A DNA stretch of 60,237 nt, filler included, from Bipalium vagum (GCA_037834085.1; 3 parts of 3 records of this genome joined end to end with filler, not necessarily neighbours in it); one strand, 5' to 3'; numbered from the whole stretch's first letter, positions 13,620-27,849 are shown. Translations and numbers: made by a program. The notes: generated by a model from the letters alone, not told the origin.

Positions 13620-13709
13620 TAATATTAATACTTTACCTTTAGAACAATCAAAACGTTTATAACCAATGGTTAATAAAAGAGGTCTCGAAGTATTGTGCAA
13701 CAGCTTTAT

Positions 13710-14361
13710 TAGGGTGTCCTAAAATTCCGTGATCACATTTGGAAATTGTAATATTTAAAGATAAATTCTTTAAATGGCCGAATAAATTAAACTTATTCAG
13801 TTATTTTGAAAAGACGCATAACAAATAATATGTGCTGAAAATAAAATATATTGATTTAATATTTTTTCTTAGTATAATAGAATAACATGAAAGTTGAATA
13901 TACTGTTCGTATTTACTCCAAAAATGATTTAATGCCAGATCTGCTGCAGTTGAAATATGTGAAGTTGAAGGAGGAAAATTCGTCAGTAAAGCACAGCTAT
14001 CAAATGTTTTAAAAGATTCAATTCGGCCAATATGGATCTTAATGATGAGTCATGTTCTGGAAGACCCTCAACAGTTGATTCTCAAGTAATTATGCGTTCT
14101 TTGGATTATAATCTCTGTATCAATGTCAGAAGACTTTCAGATAAAGTTCAAATTCCGAAATCTTATGTACACCGCAAACTTCTGTTTCATTTCAAGAGAA
14201 ATAGAAGATGCAAAATTGCACCGCATGATCTGACTCTTGAATTATTATAGACAATTAAACACAATGTATTATATTTTGAATACGGATTCATGTTGTAAAT
14301 GTCATAATAATTACTTGTTTTGATTTCATATTGTGGTGATCACGAACTTTGGGACACCCTA
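13710..14361 (+). mobile_element. Internally deleted mariner with both TIRs
   Basis: TIRs TAGGGTGTCCTAAAATTCCGTGATCAC / GTGATCACGAACTTTGGGACACCCTA; interior encodes FKRFNSANMDLNDESCSGRPSTVD. Confidence 0.85.
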
Positions 14362-14881
14362 TTAATTGTGCAATCAATAATTTTTACTAATTGAAGAGAT
14401 TCGAAAATTAATAAATCAATAAAATGTTTTGGTTTGGGTATTTTTTCATTATTATTATAATAATATTAATTATTTTTTTCTTCTAAAAAATACCCGATAA
14501 TGGAAAACTCTTAAGAATAAATGGAAATAATTACAAAAAATTTAAGAGAAATCTTTTATTTTCTTATTATCACATATCTCTCAAAATTCCTTAAAGTGAA
14601 AATGTTTCCTTATTAGAGAAAGCATTTTGTTAATTATTAATTATTTTCCTTCGGACACATCCGATAAATAATATATTTTTGTACAATTCTAAACTGTCGA
14701 ATAAAATATCTCATTAAAAGTACCATAAATTGTGTAGGAAGATATTAAATTCACTGAAAGAGAGCCTAAGGCGGTGAAGAAAAGAATTATAGAAAAATGT
14801 TTATACTAAAAAACATGCTTGTTTTTATTAATAAAAACATTGTTGGAAACGATGTGTAATGAAAATTTATTATTATAAGTA

Positions 14882-14914
<33 letters not shown>

Positions 14915-15444
14915 ACCATTAATAATATTAAAATTATAATCTTTATTATTATAATATTATTATTGATATCTCAAGGTAAAAAATTCCCCACGACAGGTCT
15001 TTGACAGTTTTGGTCTGAGCTAAAACTCATAAAGTAAGAATGTCTTAATTTTAATTAAATCGATAAATATTTTAAATTGAAAAGTGCAATTTATTGATAA
15101 ATTGATATATTTAAATTAATTTTGAGACAAGTGAATTAATAAATTCAATAGAAATTTATATTATCATTTGCAAATGATTATGTCAACTATCAGCCATCAA
15201 TTGTCCATACAAATGAGAATGGGTTAAGTAAATACACAAAATGATTGGAAAAAGTAAGACTGTTTTTGTAAATATTTTAAAATACTTGATTTTGTTTTTA
15301 AGAATATTGGTGATTTAATTTCAGTTTTTATTAATTAATTTGCTTAGAATACTTTGAATCAATTGGTCAGATTTTTTATGTCGACTTGTTTTGGGAAACG
15401 GACTTCTTAAAAAATATTTGAGAGTAACATTTTATGTAATATTA

Positions 15445-15730
15445 AAATAGGTTAGTTACCAAAGGCTTTTGTCAGATTTGGAAAATGCCATTTGTTTAAA
15501 TAATCATGTGACCAAAAGAGGAAAGTGGCCAATAAAATTTTAAACTATTTTTCCGATCATTGCAAAACAGTTTAGTAGGCAAGAAATTCACATCATTAGA
15601 AGGTATCAAAAATCGCCTAAATGCTTTTTACGACAACAAACCAGCTGACTTCTACAAAGCCATTCAAATGTTGCCAGATCTTGGAGACAGGTAATTAAAA
15701 ATGAAGAGAATTATATAATTAAACAAATTG
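15445..15730 (+). mobile_element. Mariner C-terminal relic
   Basis: FRSLQNSLVGKKFTSLEGIKNRLNAFYDNKPADFY...WRQVIKNEENYII, the typical mariner transposase end. Confidence 0.7.
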
Positions 15731-15734
15731 ATTT

Positions 15735-16895
15735 TGTTAATAAATTGCTTTCGTTAGTATTGTCTTAATTTGTTCAATATTTACTCTATAAAATCGTATC
15801 ATTACTTTTGCCATAAACCGATAAATATATTCTATAATCCAGTCTAAGTAAAACCCTGACTTTTTCAACAAAAGTGGTTCAATTTCACGACATAAACTTT
15901 CTTTAGTTTTACCTCTTGAAAGATATTGGAGAGAATGGAAACGATAAAATCTAATGGTGCAATGTTGGAAAACTTCAAACTTTAAGTCTTTGATTAATTG
16001 AATCATCTTGTGAGAGTTCGATTTTCGTTATCATCGAAAATAATAACACCTTTTCGGTTAATCAATTAAGTACCTTTTTGCCAAAACAACTTTTAAAATA
16101 TCTCATTATCTACAATAGAATTCATTGTTAATTTTAAATTCCGATTTCAATAGTTCACAGTGCACATGTCCTTTAAAATCACTTCAAATGGACAGAAATT
16201 CTTTTTCTTGATTAAAATTTAGTTTTTTAGACTGAAATCACCTAGACTTAACGATTGGCTTGTTTTATGTGATGCTATTGGATGTTATTAATTGCTTCCT
16301 TTCATTACAAATCAAACTTAATAACAAAGTGTAATCCTTAAAGACTTTGATTTTCACTCAATTTGCATGACATCCAACTTTCTATTCGAAAAGATTTTCT
16401 AATTTCATGTAAATGATCTCTTGTTTTTTCTCTAATGCCTAACATTGTACGGAATAACTTTTTACAAATAACCTTTGATCTTATTCAACAAACTGTATTA
16501 AACTTTGATTGTCCACAGATGACAGTCAAGCCTAAGTTGAAATATTCTTAAGACATTTGTTGGCATTTCTGAATCTTACATTCCAACGGAAACATTGGGA
16601 AACACTTAGACTATTATCATATTATAAATTGATTTCAAATGATTGGTTGCATCTGAAGTATTTGTGACCAAATAGAATTCATAAAACAAGCAATTTATGA
16701 GATTATCAGTGGTCTAAATAATGGCTAAAAGGTAAATATCGTGTTTTTTATGTATTATAAATTCTGTATATGCATTCAAATTAAAATATGATCAAATAGA
16801 TTTTCAATTGAAATAAGTATTTCAAGGATTGGTTGAGTGAATGAAAAATTTATAGATAACGAGAAAACTTTTACATTTTTTCTTACTCCCAATAT
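15735..16895 (-). mobile_element. Decayed near-full-length mariner
   Basis: Fragments LINRKGVIIFDDN, IKDLKFEVFQH, FYRFHSLQYL, plus a VGCH/WVPH-like region; TIR-like end near 16860-16895. Confidence 0.7.
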
Positions 16896-17145
16896 ATTTA
16901 TCACTTATTATTTTTTTTATAAATAATTTTCTTTATAAATAAGGGTTTATATTTTTTTGGAAGAAACTTTTGGTCTTGCGTATAAATCAATAATTAAAAC
17001 ATTTTTAATTAATGATTTTACTAAATTATTAAGATTATATAAAATTTTCATAATTCCTTTTATATCATCTAGAGTTGAACTTCAACTTATACTTGGCTTG
17101 TTTAAATGAATTAATTGGATGAATTATTAGGTGTTTTTATAAGTA

Positions 17146-18365
17146 TTAAATCATGTTCTTAATCATTGTTTAAATAACTCAACAAATAATCAAAACAACC
17201 AGGTAATTTAATTTCGTTAATGTATATTGTATATTGTTTGAAAAAAAAATTTCACTTTAATTATTATAGCATATAAAAAAATCGGATTTAGAAATGATTG
17301 ACATTGTATCAAATAATAATTTCCACAAGGAAAAAGTGCCTTTCCAGAATCTTGATTCATATGCTCTTTTCTAGGATAGAAGGCTAGTTCGTATAGTACA
17401 TATTAATATTGATATCGTCGATTTAAAAACTGAAATATTGATGAATATATAAACCGAATATAATAACCGATGCTTCACAAATATTGCACCTGAGAGATCG
17501 GAAGAACTACTCTGTGAAAATACTGCCAAACCCATGAAAACATGCAAAACAGCTTGGAGTCGACCAAGCAACTGTTAGCAGGGAGCTACATAGATTAGGA
17601 AAAATATAGAATGTTGGAAAGTGGGTGCCATATGAAATCTCAAAAATCAACATTTCATATCTTTTTAAAAAAAGGAAGTCGCTTCCTGCTAGGGAAAGAA
17701 AAGAGTTTTAATGGCATATCATTACTGATGAAGAAAATTGGATTGCCTACCATAATCCAAAGTGCATTCATTCGTGGGTAGATTCTGGTATGCCAGCAAC
17801 TTCAACCACATAAGTAAATATTCACAGCAAAAAATTCTCCCTTGTAGTTGATAGGAAATGAGAGGTCTTCTCCTGATTTGCAAAAATATTAATTCGGAAC
17901 GTTACAGAAAAATAGGTGTTACAATTGGCTGAAAAAACAAAGAAGACATTTTTCAGGCCTTGGATCGCATAAGACTATCTTACTACTTGATAATGTCATA
18001 CTGCATGTCGCAAAGTCTAAGCAGAAAATAATCTCACAATTAGATTGGGAAGTTCTTCCTCATGCGGCTTTTTCTCCGGGCCTGTCTCCTACAGATTATC
18101 ATTTGTTTCGACTAATGCAACACTGTTTAACAGGACATCGTTTCAAAATTGTTTCTGAGATTCGGGAAGTTCTGGATAATTTAAGATTTTTTTATCGTTC
18201 TGAAAGTCGTCAATTACCTGAAAGATGGAAGAAAGGGAGGGATGAACAACGGATCTTAGCTTTTTGATTGATTTTTTGTACCTATGTTGTGTAAAAATAA
18301 ATTTATTTGCTTTTTTATCGAAATATTTTTCCTTTAAAAATAGACTAATACATGCACATACCTAA
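17146..18365 (+). mobile_element. Decayed mariner (DD34D)
   Basis: [34 protein letters not shown] and [26 protein letters not shown] motifs with stops and frameshifts; degenerate TAGGTG.../...ACCTAA ends. Confidence 0.85.
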
Positions 18366-19169
18366 CAGTTGGTGTTTTTTAAAACTTCAGAATTTTAATC
18401 GAAAAATATGTGTTAATGCAACTTTTTATATTAATATTAAATTGATTTATTTAAACAAACCATGTATAAACCGAATTTTATAATAAGATTTATCACGTTT
18501 ATATAACATTACGAATATGTAAATTGTGACAACTTTTCTCGGATCCCGGAAATTAATTTGCACACCTTAAAATTTAAGTGAATACTAATTAAAAAATTTA
18601 TCATTTTTCTTAATATTATCATTTCCAAAAATATGGTTCTCAGCAAAATTCGGCATTAATTGCAATAAAAATGTTGATATTTTCCACTTCATTTGAAACG
18701 AAATTTTTTCCGTTTTCGAAATTTTTCATCTTGAATATTTTAAAATTGAGATTAAAATAATTTTGCAAATATTAATTTATTAAAAAAAAATAATAAAAAC
18801 ATATAATTGTCAGTTGCATTATGGATCGTTCTTCGTCATTACTTTTTAAAGAAGAGCAATTTAAATGGAGTATGAATTAGATTGTCTACGGATTTACATT
18901 CTTCTTTGGAGACGCTTAAGACAATTATTTGGTGAATTTAATTTTTAAGAGTTTTAAAACTATATATGGGAATAGTTGGATAGACCTGATAATTGGGAAA
19001 TTATGCTTTGAAATCGTTAGGAAAATTTAACGAAATAATCCTTAAATTGAATGTCTTTCCCCATTCCGCAATGGGAACGTGAAGAAGAATGAATTCACCT
19101 TGAAATATCAGGCTTCAAGTGAAAGAAGAGTTTGCATATTTTTTATTGGTGGTGATAATTATTTTAATA

Positions 19170-20580
19170 CAGGATGTGTATAAAGCAATTATTTGATTTT
19201 AAAATGTAATACCGTAAAATATATTCAACATAAGACTGCAAATTTTTGACAGAGTAACATTTATGTATTAAAATGTAATATTTTTCGACAGAATGACCAT
19301 GAACTTTAATATACTTATATAAGCGATTATAAAAGTCTTTTTTCTAGCGATAATCTAGCTGTCTCCATTTGACTAATACTTTTCAGGACTAGGATTTCTT
19401 TGGGATTTCATCTATATAAAGGGTGTCTGCAGATGTCCCCAAAGGAAAAAAAACATGTATTATTAGTTCCGGTGATATTCCAGCCCAATGAAACGGTCTA
19501 TCACTGCCAATCCGTCTTCCAGAAACATTGGTGTTTAAAACGTCTCTTAAAATACACTGATAACGCATAGGCTTCATGAGTTTTGTTGATAAAATATTTT
19601 ATTCTTGATACTTTGACAACGTTGTGGCATGAAGCCATACTTATACATGTATAAATAATTTTATGTCAATTCTCCTGAAAGAGAAGAAGACCATAAAACT
19701 GGCCAATGAAAAAATCATCTAAACATTAACTTTTGAACTGTAGCGGGAACGTGATTTAATTTCTTTAAAAGGTTCACCGCTCAAAATTCAACAGTTGTGC
19801 CTGTTGACATATTAATTTAAGGAAAAGACTGCTTTGCATTGAATTTAAAACAAAAGGGCTTTTTCCAGAAATTTGCCCAGCGGACAGCATAATTTTCAAA
19901 TTGAAAAGTATTCGCAACATCATTTCAAAGGAGCATTATTCTGAGGACAACGAGTTCCAGTATTTTTGAATATTTTTATTCCGATGATGATATCGCAAAA
20001 ATATTTACCAAGGGAATGCCTAGGACGAACCGGGGACCCCTTGTCGCTGCTGGTGACATTGTTTCATTTTGTTATCTCTCAAACTCTATTTCTTTGTGAT
20101 CATTTTTCTCGCCTTTCCTTAAAACTATTAAATTGTATTATCATTATTATTCATTATTTTTGTGTCTAATTACTTTTTTCAGCAAGGTGATAGTGAGGAT
20201 ATTGACTTGGTTCTTATTTTTTTGTTGAAACTATTTTACTTTTGGGTGATTAACAGATATTAGAGCTATTCTGTTGTTGCGTCAGGCTGTTGTTAGATTT
20301 ATATTAAAGTTTTATAGTGATTGTTTTGATTCAATTTTTTGATACGGATAAATTATTATTGCGAGAGTTTTGATTCACTTAGAGGGTGGATAAAGTTTTA
20401 TTGTGCAGTTTTGATTAAAATTGAGTTTAACTTTGTGCAGCGACAATAGAATAATGAGCACAACATCGTATAGTGATGATTTATTGATCGATGAGCGAAA
20501 GTTACTTTGACAAGGTGTAATATTAACATTATATATATTTCTGAGATCCAAAATCGTATACTTGCTTTATACACAACCTG
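19170..20580 (-). mobile_element. Tc1/mariner-superfamily element (WIGR..WPPRSPDL type) carrying a ~0.5-kb unrelated insert
   Basis: TIRs CAGGATGTGTATAAAGCAA / TTGCTTTATACACAACCTG with TA flanks; relic GRRIGSDRPFHWAGISPEL..HVFF. Confidence 0.8.
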
Positions 20581-21977
20581 TATTAATTTTTTATCTTATT
20601 ATTACAGTAATTTATTGTTCGAAAATCCCAATTTGTAGTATTGTTACATTAATTTTGATTGGATATTTTAGAAAATAAACTATTATTTTATGCATTAATA
20701 GTAATTCTCAAAAAATAATTATTATTAATTAATTAAATGAAATCAAAATTTAATTTTTTATTTTTACTTAAAGGAGGTGATAATATGATTTTTTTATATA
20801 GCGATGATAGTTTTCATGATCAAAAATTTGATATTTTGACACGTAATATTCCTTAATGTTCCTGTCTGCTTTTATACAAATGCTGAATGATTGCTGATTG
20901 GTCAATTTCTATTTCATTAGCCAATTACAGAGTTGTTTGATAAGAGATTTTCTGTAGCGTTTGACTTAGTCTTCATCTTATTGAAAATTTCTGGAATGTT
21001 ATATAACACACGAATCAAAACTCATCTCTATGAATTGGAAAAACAATTTTGTACTGGTCTTTACAAATAGCAAAAGAATTTACTCTTGTGTCTAATTTGA
21101 ACAATAAGATTTGATAAAATTTTCAATCTAACAAATCATTGCCATTACCAGGATTAAACTATTTTTCTAAAAAAACTTATAACTTTCTTATCTACCAATA
21201 GATTTTTTAATTATTCATATTTATTGTAAATGGATCTAGACAAAATAGTCGGTGTAACTTTTATACGAAATATTATCAAAAGTATTTTCAAATATTGAAA
21301 ATTTAATGATTAACGTGGTAAATTATATAATCTTTAAAACAACTAAATATTAATCAATATTTAAATAATAGAAAATTTTGAATCATGAATCAAACTGAAC
21401 AGTTATTTTTAATGAAATTAAACAAACTTATTTATTTTTCAATCCAATGTGAATTACAAGTTTAAATTTATATGATTGTGAAAAGTTTTTCTGAATAAAT
21501 AGTGTCAAAATTTCTAAATAAATTCTAGATAAAGCAAGATCAGTTGGAAAAACTCAAAAATTGAACATTTTCAGCTAATATAAATAATTATTTTAAAAAA
21601 ACGTTTATTTTTACCATTAAAAAATTTTTGTCAACAATGATTTTATGAAATTCCCAATGACTATCAACTAATGATAGATAATAATTATTTTTATAATCAA
21701 AAAGCAATTTGATTTATAAAACCCAAATTCCGTTATTATTCTCGAAAAAATCTAATTTCGTTTCAAATTTATATAATTTTAAATTTGATTTTTATTTTTA
21801 ATGAACTTGATAACATTTTGTTTAAATGAATAATAATAAATAACGTCATTTCTGAATATATTATTTTTTACAAAAACTAATATTTGGACATATTTTTAAT
21901 TTTTGCTGATTATCATTTTTACTTTTTATCATTAAGTTTAATTTTAGTAAAATATTCTAATAAACTTATACAAATTA

Positions 21978-24183
21978 TTAGGTTGTTCAGAAAGCTTAGA
22001 ACGTATTTTGTTTATATACAGGGTGTTTATTATGAATGTTAACACACTTTCATTTTAAATATTTTAACAAACAATAAAGATATAAAGTAGGTAATAGTTT
22101 TTTATTTGAATAACATATATTTAAAAACAAATACAATATGTAATTATATAATTTGACGCCCGTTAATAGCTAGGCAATGGCTTAATGAAGGTAGTACATT
22201 TAGACATGCTCGCTGGCATATTCCAGTATCTACTTCATTACAAACATGACTGGTTTTATCCTTGAGCTCAGCGATTGTATGAGGTCTGTCTCTGCACCCA
22301 TTTTGTTTTAGATATCTACACAAGAAGAAGTCTGGCGGAGTTAGATCGGGCGTACGAAGACGCCACTTAATTGGACCTCTTCTTCCAATCCAGCGATATG
22401 GGAACTTTTTGTCTAACCAGTTTCTGACTTTTTGCCAATAGTGCGCAGGTACCCCATCGTGTTGTAAGTACTTACGACCTCATGTTATTCTAGGCCATAA
22501 AAACTTTTCAACCATCTCCAGGTATGACTCACCAGTTACCGTATCTTCGAAGAAGCATGGCCCAATGATACCTTGTGAACTTAAACCACACAACACCGTT
22601 ATCCGGACCCTGGAGTTTTGAACAGGAATATGTTATTTTGTTGACCAAGGAAGAGTCATTTTGGAATTGTATCAACATTGTCTGACAAAATTCCATTCTT
22701 AGGTCAAAGTCGTCATCGCTAATCTCAATTACGGTTGACAGCTTAAATGAATGAAAGCCTGCTTCATTAATTGCCTGCTTAATTAATTCTTCAACTAATT
22801 TGTTCACTCTTTGAATTGTTTTCGTTGTTAATACTGAACGAAGTCGGCCGGATTTTACTTGTTCATGAACACTTCCAGTCTTCTTCTTTTTGAACTTTTT
22901 CCAGTCTTCCACTATTTTTTTAATTGTATGCCTACTTGGTGGTGGAGTGATAAACTTCTTTTTCCAATACCTAATTACTTCTTCAAAATTATCAAATTTG
23001 GAGTTCCATAAAACAATTTGAACTCTTTCTTCCATCGAAAAACGCAAAGCCATTTTATTTTAAAATTAACTAAAAATTAACTAAAATTAACTACCTTTAT
23101 TTTTTAACTTTTAATTTAAAAATAAAGTATGTTAACATACATAATAAACGCACCTGTACAATAATCGTACGAATAATTAATGGATTACATACTGGAGTAT
23201 ATATATATATATTTCTCTCTTTAAAGTATTTACTTGTTTCCCTTTTAAATTAAAATTTAACTATTTTTTCCCATTTTAATGTAGGATATTTGCACCAAAT
23301 TTATTTTTATGAGTTTCCACTGGTATAAAAGTCACTGAAACTATTCGAAAAGTTAAAGAAGTTTGGTCCAGAATTCCTCAATGGAGATTTATTCCTGGAA
23401 GATACGGAACGTATTGATTGTTCTTTCAAACTTGATGACAAGGATTTAAAGGCCACAAGAGCTAACCATATAAACAAAATGACCCGCTATAATATATGCT
23501 TAGAATTCATATTGATGATGGAAAATGAGCCATTTCTTCATCTTCTGATTACTTGTAATGAAAAAATATTTCAATATGACAATATTAAAATATTGGAACA
23601 GTGGTTAAACATATCTGAATATCCCAAGTCCTTCCCAAAATCGAGTCAACACAAAAGATAATGGCTACGGTACGGTGCGGTTAAAAGTATTGGTTCATTA
23701 CAATTATCTGGACACAGATGAAATGATAACAGCAGAGAAATACTGCCTTTAAATTGATATTATGCAAAAGTTGAAAAAAATATACCCGGAATTGATCAAT
23801 ATAAAATGCTCAATTCAATTGAATGACAATACATGTTCGCACATATCAAAGAAAACCATAGACAAGATAAAAAGCATAAATTATAAAATTCTGCCACATC
23901 TATCGTACTCGCCCGATCTCTCGCCAACTGATTTCCATTTATTCAACATTTATAAAATTATTTGAATAAAATGAAGAGGTACTAAAAAAGGAATTTGAAC
24001 ACTTCATTGCTTCCAGGTCTACAGAGTTCTATCGCGTAGAAATGGAAAATCTGCCAATTCATTCGCAAAAGTATGTAAACACCAATAGATTTTATTTTAA
24101 TCAATAAACCCCCTGTTTTGGCTGACTTATGCTGTTTTAAAATGAATGTACAGAAAACGCACAAAACTTTCTGAAAAACCTAA
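21978..24183 (+). mobile_element. Mariner (outer element of a nested pair)
   Basis: TIRs TTAGGTTGTTCAGAAAG / CTTTCTGAAAAACCTAA; transposase relics LITCNEKIFQYDN, QLNDNTCSH and LPHLSYSPDLSPTDFHLF at 23280-24080. Confidence 0.85.
22019..23156 (-). mobile_element. Tc1/mariner-superfamily element with DUF4817-type HTH, inserted just inside the left TIR of the mariner
   Basis: TIRs CAGGGTGTTTATTATGAATGTTAACA / TGTTAACATACATAATAAACGCACCTG with TA flanks. ORF 23053-22529 (FSMEERVQIV...PPPSRHTIKKIV...TGSV..SGR), then QHDGVPAHY..VRNWLDKKFPYRWIGRRGPIKW..TPDLTPPDFF. Confidence 0.9.
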
Positions 24184-24289
24184 TATTTATTTAATTTTTA
24201 AGAATTTTTTTTAATTTCAAAGGTACCAAAATCAAAATCTTTGGTTCACAATTTTTATACACTATCAATAAATAAATATTAAAAGTAAA

Positions 24290-25090
24290 TATTCATTACA
24301 CTTAATGAGGTGTATGTCGAACAATCCTCTTGGAGGACAACATACAAAAAGTCGTTTCCACGATACAAAAACCGGCGATGTCAACAACGATGACAGAGAA
24401 CACGAGAAACCTCTCAAAACTTTGATGCTGAAGAACTGTCCAAATTACTTGAAAAAGATCCTTTCTAAACTCAATGGAAGTTACTAGTTACACAGAAATG
24501 CATTTCTAAAAAGCTTCACGAAGGGTCAGAAAACAAAGAACTTGTGTTTCTTTTAAATTAAAGGAAAGATTAAACCATTTTTGAAAAGCTGCAAAAATAT
24601 GACAGGAAAGGTTTTCTGTATCGAATGGTAACTGGAGAAAATAGATTAATCCGTTAGGAGAAAGAAAAGCGAAAATCTGCTTACGCTATGCCAGTTGAAA
24701 CCCGACTGTCAATTTCGACGCCGAATATTAACAGCTTACAAACAATGCAGTTTCTTGGTGGGATCAAAGGAGCATCATTTATTATGAAATACAAGAACCA
24801 ACTCTAACCATCATGAACGAACGATAGCGAATGCAGTTGAAACGTTTAAAACGTCAAATGAATGAGAAACGACCTGAATGGGAGAAGAGACAAAAGAAGC
24901 TTATTCTTCTCCATGATAATGCCAGAAAACATTATCTAAAAAGTTCCAAATGGGAAATCTTTTTTCACCCGTAAATATCACTGGATATTGTCCTAAACGG
25001 TTTCCATGTATTCTGGTCTATATTTATATATATATGTATTGGAAAATATTTGGACAATTAGTTTAAGTCAAAAGACCAGGAATTTATTTT
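24290..25090 (+). mobile_element. Decayed mariner
   Basis: KTGDVNNDDREHEKP, FLYRMVTGE, WDQRSIIYYE and KLILLHDNAR relics; ends not clearly defined. Confidence 0.7.
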
Positions 25091-25776
25091 TATTTAATAT
25101 TAATATATTTCATGCTCCTTTCAGATATTATTTATTTAATTTACATTATATTTTAAATATATAATTACTTGAAGAATATTTTCTTTCTTTTAATAAAATA
25201 TCAATGGAGCGTGGTTAATTATTTTTATTCGAGCTGGTTAAATATTTACTATAAAAATATATATCTCTAATTTATTTATTTTTCCGATATATTTACAATT
25301 TAATATTTTGAAAATAAATCCCAGTTTTTTTATTTGTTTTATTAAAGTCTTTTTTTTTTGAAAAAAATTAATTATTATTTCTTATATATTGTCATTATAA
25401 TAAATCATAAATAAAAATATTTCCACTAATTAAAATTAATCAAGTCTTACATTAAATTTGTTTTATTCATTTTTATTATCATAATAAATTAATTTATGTC
25501 AAAATATCGAAACATTTCCGAAAGAAGAAAATCAGTTTTATTTTTTATGAATTATTGTTACTTTTTTAATTCTTTTTTAAAAGATATATTTAGGTAAAAG
25601 AGAAAAAATTCCTGTTATTTAATGTCTGAAAAAAGGAAATATTGTTAAATTAATCCTCAGTTTTTTCTTTGAGTTAATGACAATTTCTGACATTTTTTTC
25701 TACTATTTATTGATATATAAAATTACTGTAATTAACAAAAAGATTATTTTATTTTATTTTTTTTATATTATTATTC

Positions 25777-25809
<33 letters not shown>

Positions 25810-25829
25810 TTATTATTATTATTCTTATT

Positions 25830-25929
25830 NNNNNNNNNNNNNNNNNNNNNNNNNNNNNNNNNNNNNNNNNNNNTTAATTAATTAANNNNNNNNNNNNNNN
25901 NNNNNNNNNNNNNNNNNNNNNNNNNNNNN
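25830..25929. other. Artificial 100-nt scaffold spacer (44 N + TTAATTAATTAA + 44 N)
   Basis: Exactly symmetric layout; the 12-mer places stop codons in all six frames. Confidence 0.95.
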
Positions 25930-26498
25930 TTAATCATGCCAAATTTTATTGAAATATAAATATTTTTTCGGCTTCATTCTAAGGACTTATCAGCCCAACC
26001 ATGTATCTCAAATTAAACGATTTACTCTAAAACCAAAAAAACATTATATTATTAATATTAAATATTTAAATTTTGCTGAGCTAATTACTACATAAAATTT
26101 CTTTTTCTATATATTAAATAAAAGTGATAATTATCACCAATATACCTTTTTAAATAAATAAAAAACTTGAAAATTACTGTAATTTTCTGTCCTCAAAAAC
26201 TTCAAATCCTAATTAACATTTTATTATTAAATAAATAATTATAAGAGATTTCTATATTTTGGAGCAGCTTTTATTTTGAAAAATTACTTCTTTATTTCTT
26301 CAAATTTTTAAAAATCAAAATCTTTTTTTTAAAACTGAAATTTTAACAATCAAAACCAAACATTGTTATTGCATCAATTTTAATATTTATGATAAAATAA
26401 ATAATATAAATAATTTTTTTAAAATAATATCATCAAATTAATAACATAAATGCTAGAGATCATAATTTTTAAAAGAAATTTATAAAAGATACATGGTT

Positions 26499-27118
26499 AT
26501 GCAGAAATATATATAAAAATATTCAATATATATAGAAAAATGTTCAGAAATATTTAGTGGAAATATACACTCAATACATTCTTGCCTCGCCAAGGTTTTT
26601 TCTATAAACCGCCTAATGTTGCAAAAATAACCACGTAAATTGATATCGTCATGCTTGAGTACTTGGGTGATCAATTCTTATAAATCGTCCTGATCTATAA
26701 TGGTTCTCATAAAGAATGATATTTGCGACTTGTAGTTGAGGTGAGTAAGGTGGCAGAAATCTGTAAGTAATACTTCTGTTAGCAACTTAATAACATCTTT
26801 GCGGTATGGAACCTGCAATTGTCCATCACCAATACATCCTCAGTATTTCGATCGAAATTATTGCACAGCTTGTTACTAATAAAGTCCATAAAACTGTCCC
26901 CATCGAAAGATCCGTTTTTGATTTCGAAGCATAAAATACGGGTAAATTTGATTTAATAAAAACAATAAAACCTGTCATTTTAATAGCAACCATGCAGCTG
27001 ATATTTTGGGCTGACTAAAATGCGATCAAAATCAAATAGAAAATATCGAATATTTTTTCTATATATTTCTGAAAATTTTTCTATATATTTTAAATAGAAT
27101 TATATATATTTTTGCATA
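26499..27118 (-). mobile_element. IS630-like/DDE_3-type Tc1-superfamily deletion derivative with ~70-bp AT-rich TIRs
   Basis: Inverted ends (TATGCAGAAATATATATA...GAAAAATGTTCAGAAATAT); minus strand gives DGDSFMDFI..VLVMDN..RFH and YRFLPPYSPQL. Confidence 0.7.
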
Positions 27119-27375
27119 GAATTATATATATATATATATATATATATATCAAGTTACAAATTATATAAATTTAAAAAATAAATTAAATTTAAAATATAGC
27201 TTATATTATGTAATGGTTTGAAAAAATGTAGAAAAATTAAATTTTTATTGAAGTCTTTACATTTATTTCAATTTTATTTATTAAAAAAAGTATTTTCAAT
27301 ATTCCAAATATAAATGATTTAGATTAATTTGAAAGTTTTAAATAAACTGGGTTGAGAATTCCATTTTAACTAAAC

Positions 27376-27757
27376 AGAGTGCGCCATATGAATTCGGAAA
27401 ATATTCAATAACAAAATCCATCCATTTTTTAAAAATAAAACATGTTCCGATCAAAATACATTTTTAAAAACGCGGTATATGTTAAAGTAATGCATGGAAT
27501 CAATGTCATTGATTTGAATTTTAAATTGCTGTCTCTCAGCGCTCAAATTTTAACAATTTCCATCAGCTTTTGTTATTTACGGAGGAGCAACAATCATGAC
27601 AGCCTTGCATCCGAACCCACTATTCATATTTAAATATTGATTTAAAATTTAAAGTTAATCAATATATCTATTATATAAACAACGTATAAACTCAGTTGTA
27701 GAATTTGTATTTAAGATTTATTGCAAATATTTTTTCCGGAATTAAGTGGTGCACCAT
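27376..27757. mobile_element. Degenerate MITE
   Basis: Imperfect inverted ends GTGCGCCATATGAATTCGGAAAA vs TTTTCCGGAATTAAGTGGTGCAC. Confidence 0.45.
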
Positions 27758-27849
27758 TTATTTTATAAAATAATACTTTATTGGTCAAAATAAAATTAAA
27801 TTCGGACATGGGTCCTTATAAAAAACATCTAAATCATTGTTAAATTTAC

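Noticed and set aside
25874-25885. TTAATTAATTAA palindrome as a biological motif
   Set aside because: Centred in symmetric N runs and repeated at 42790; an assembly linker.
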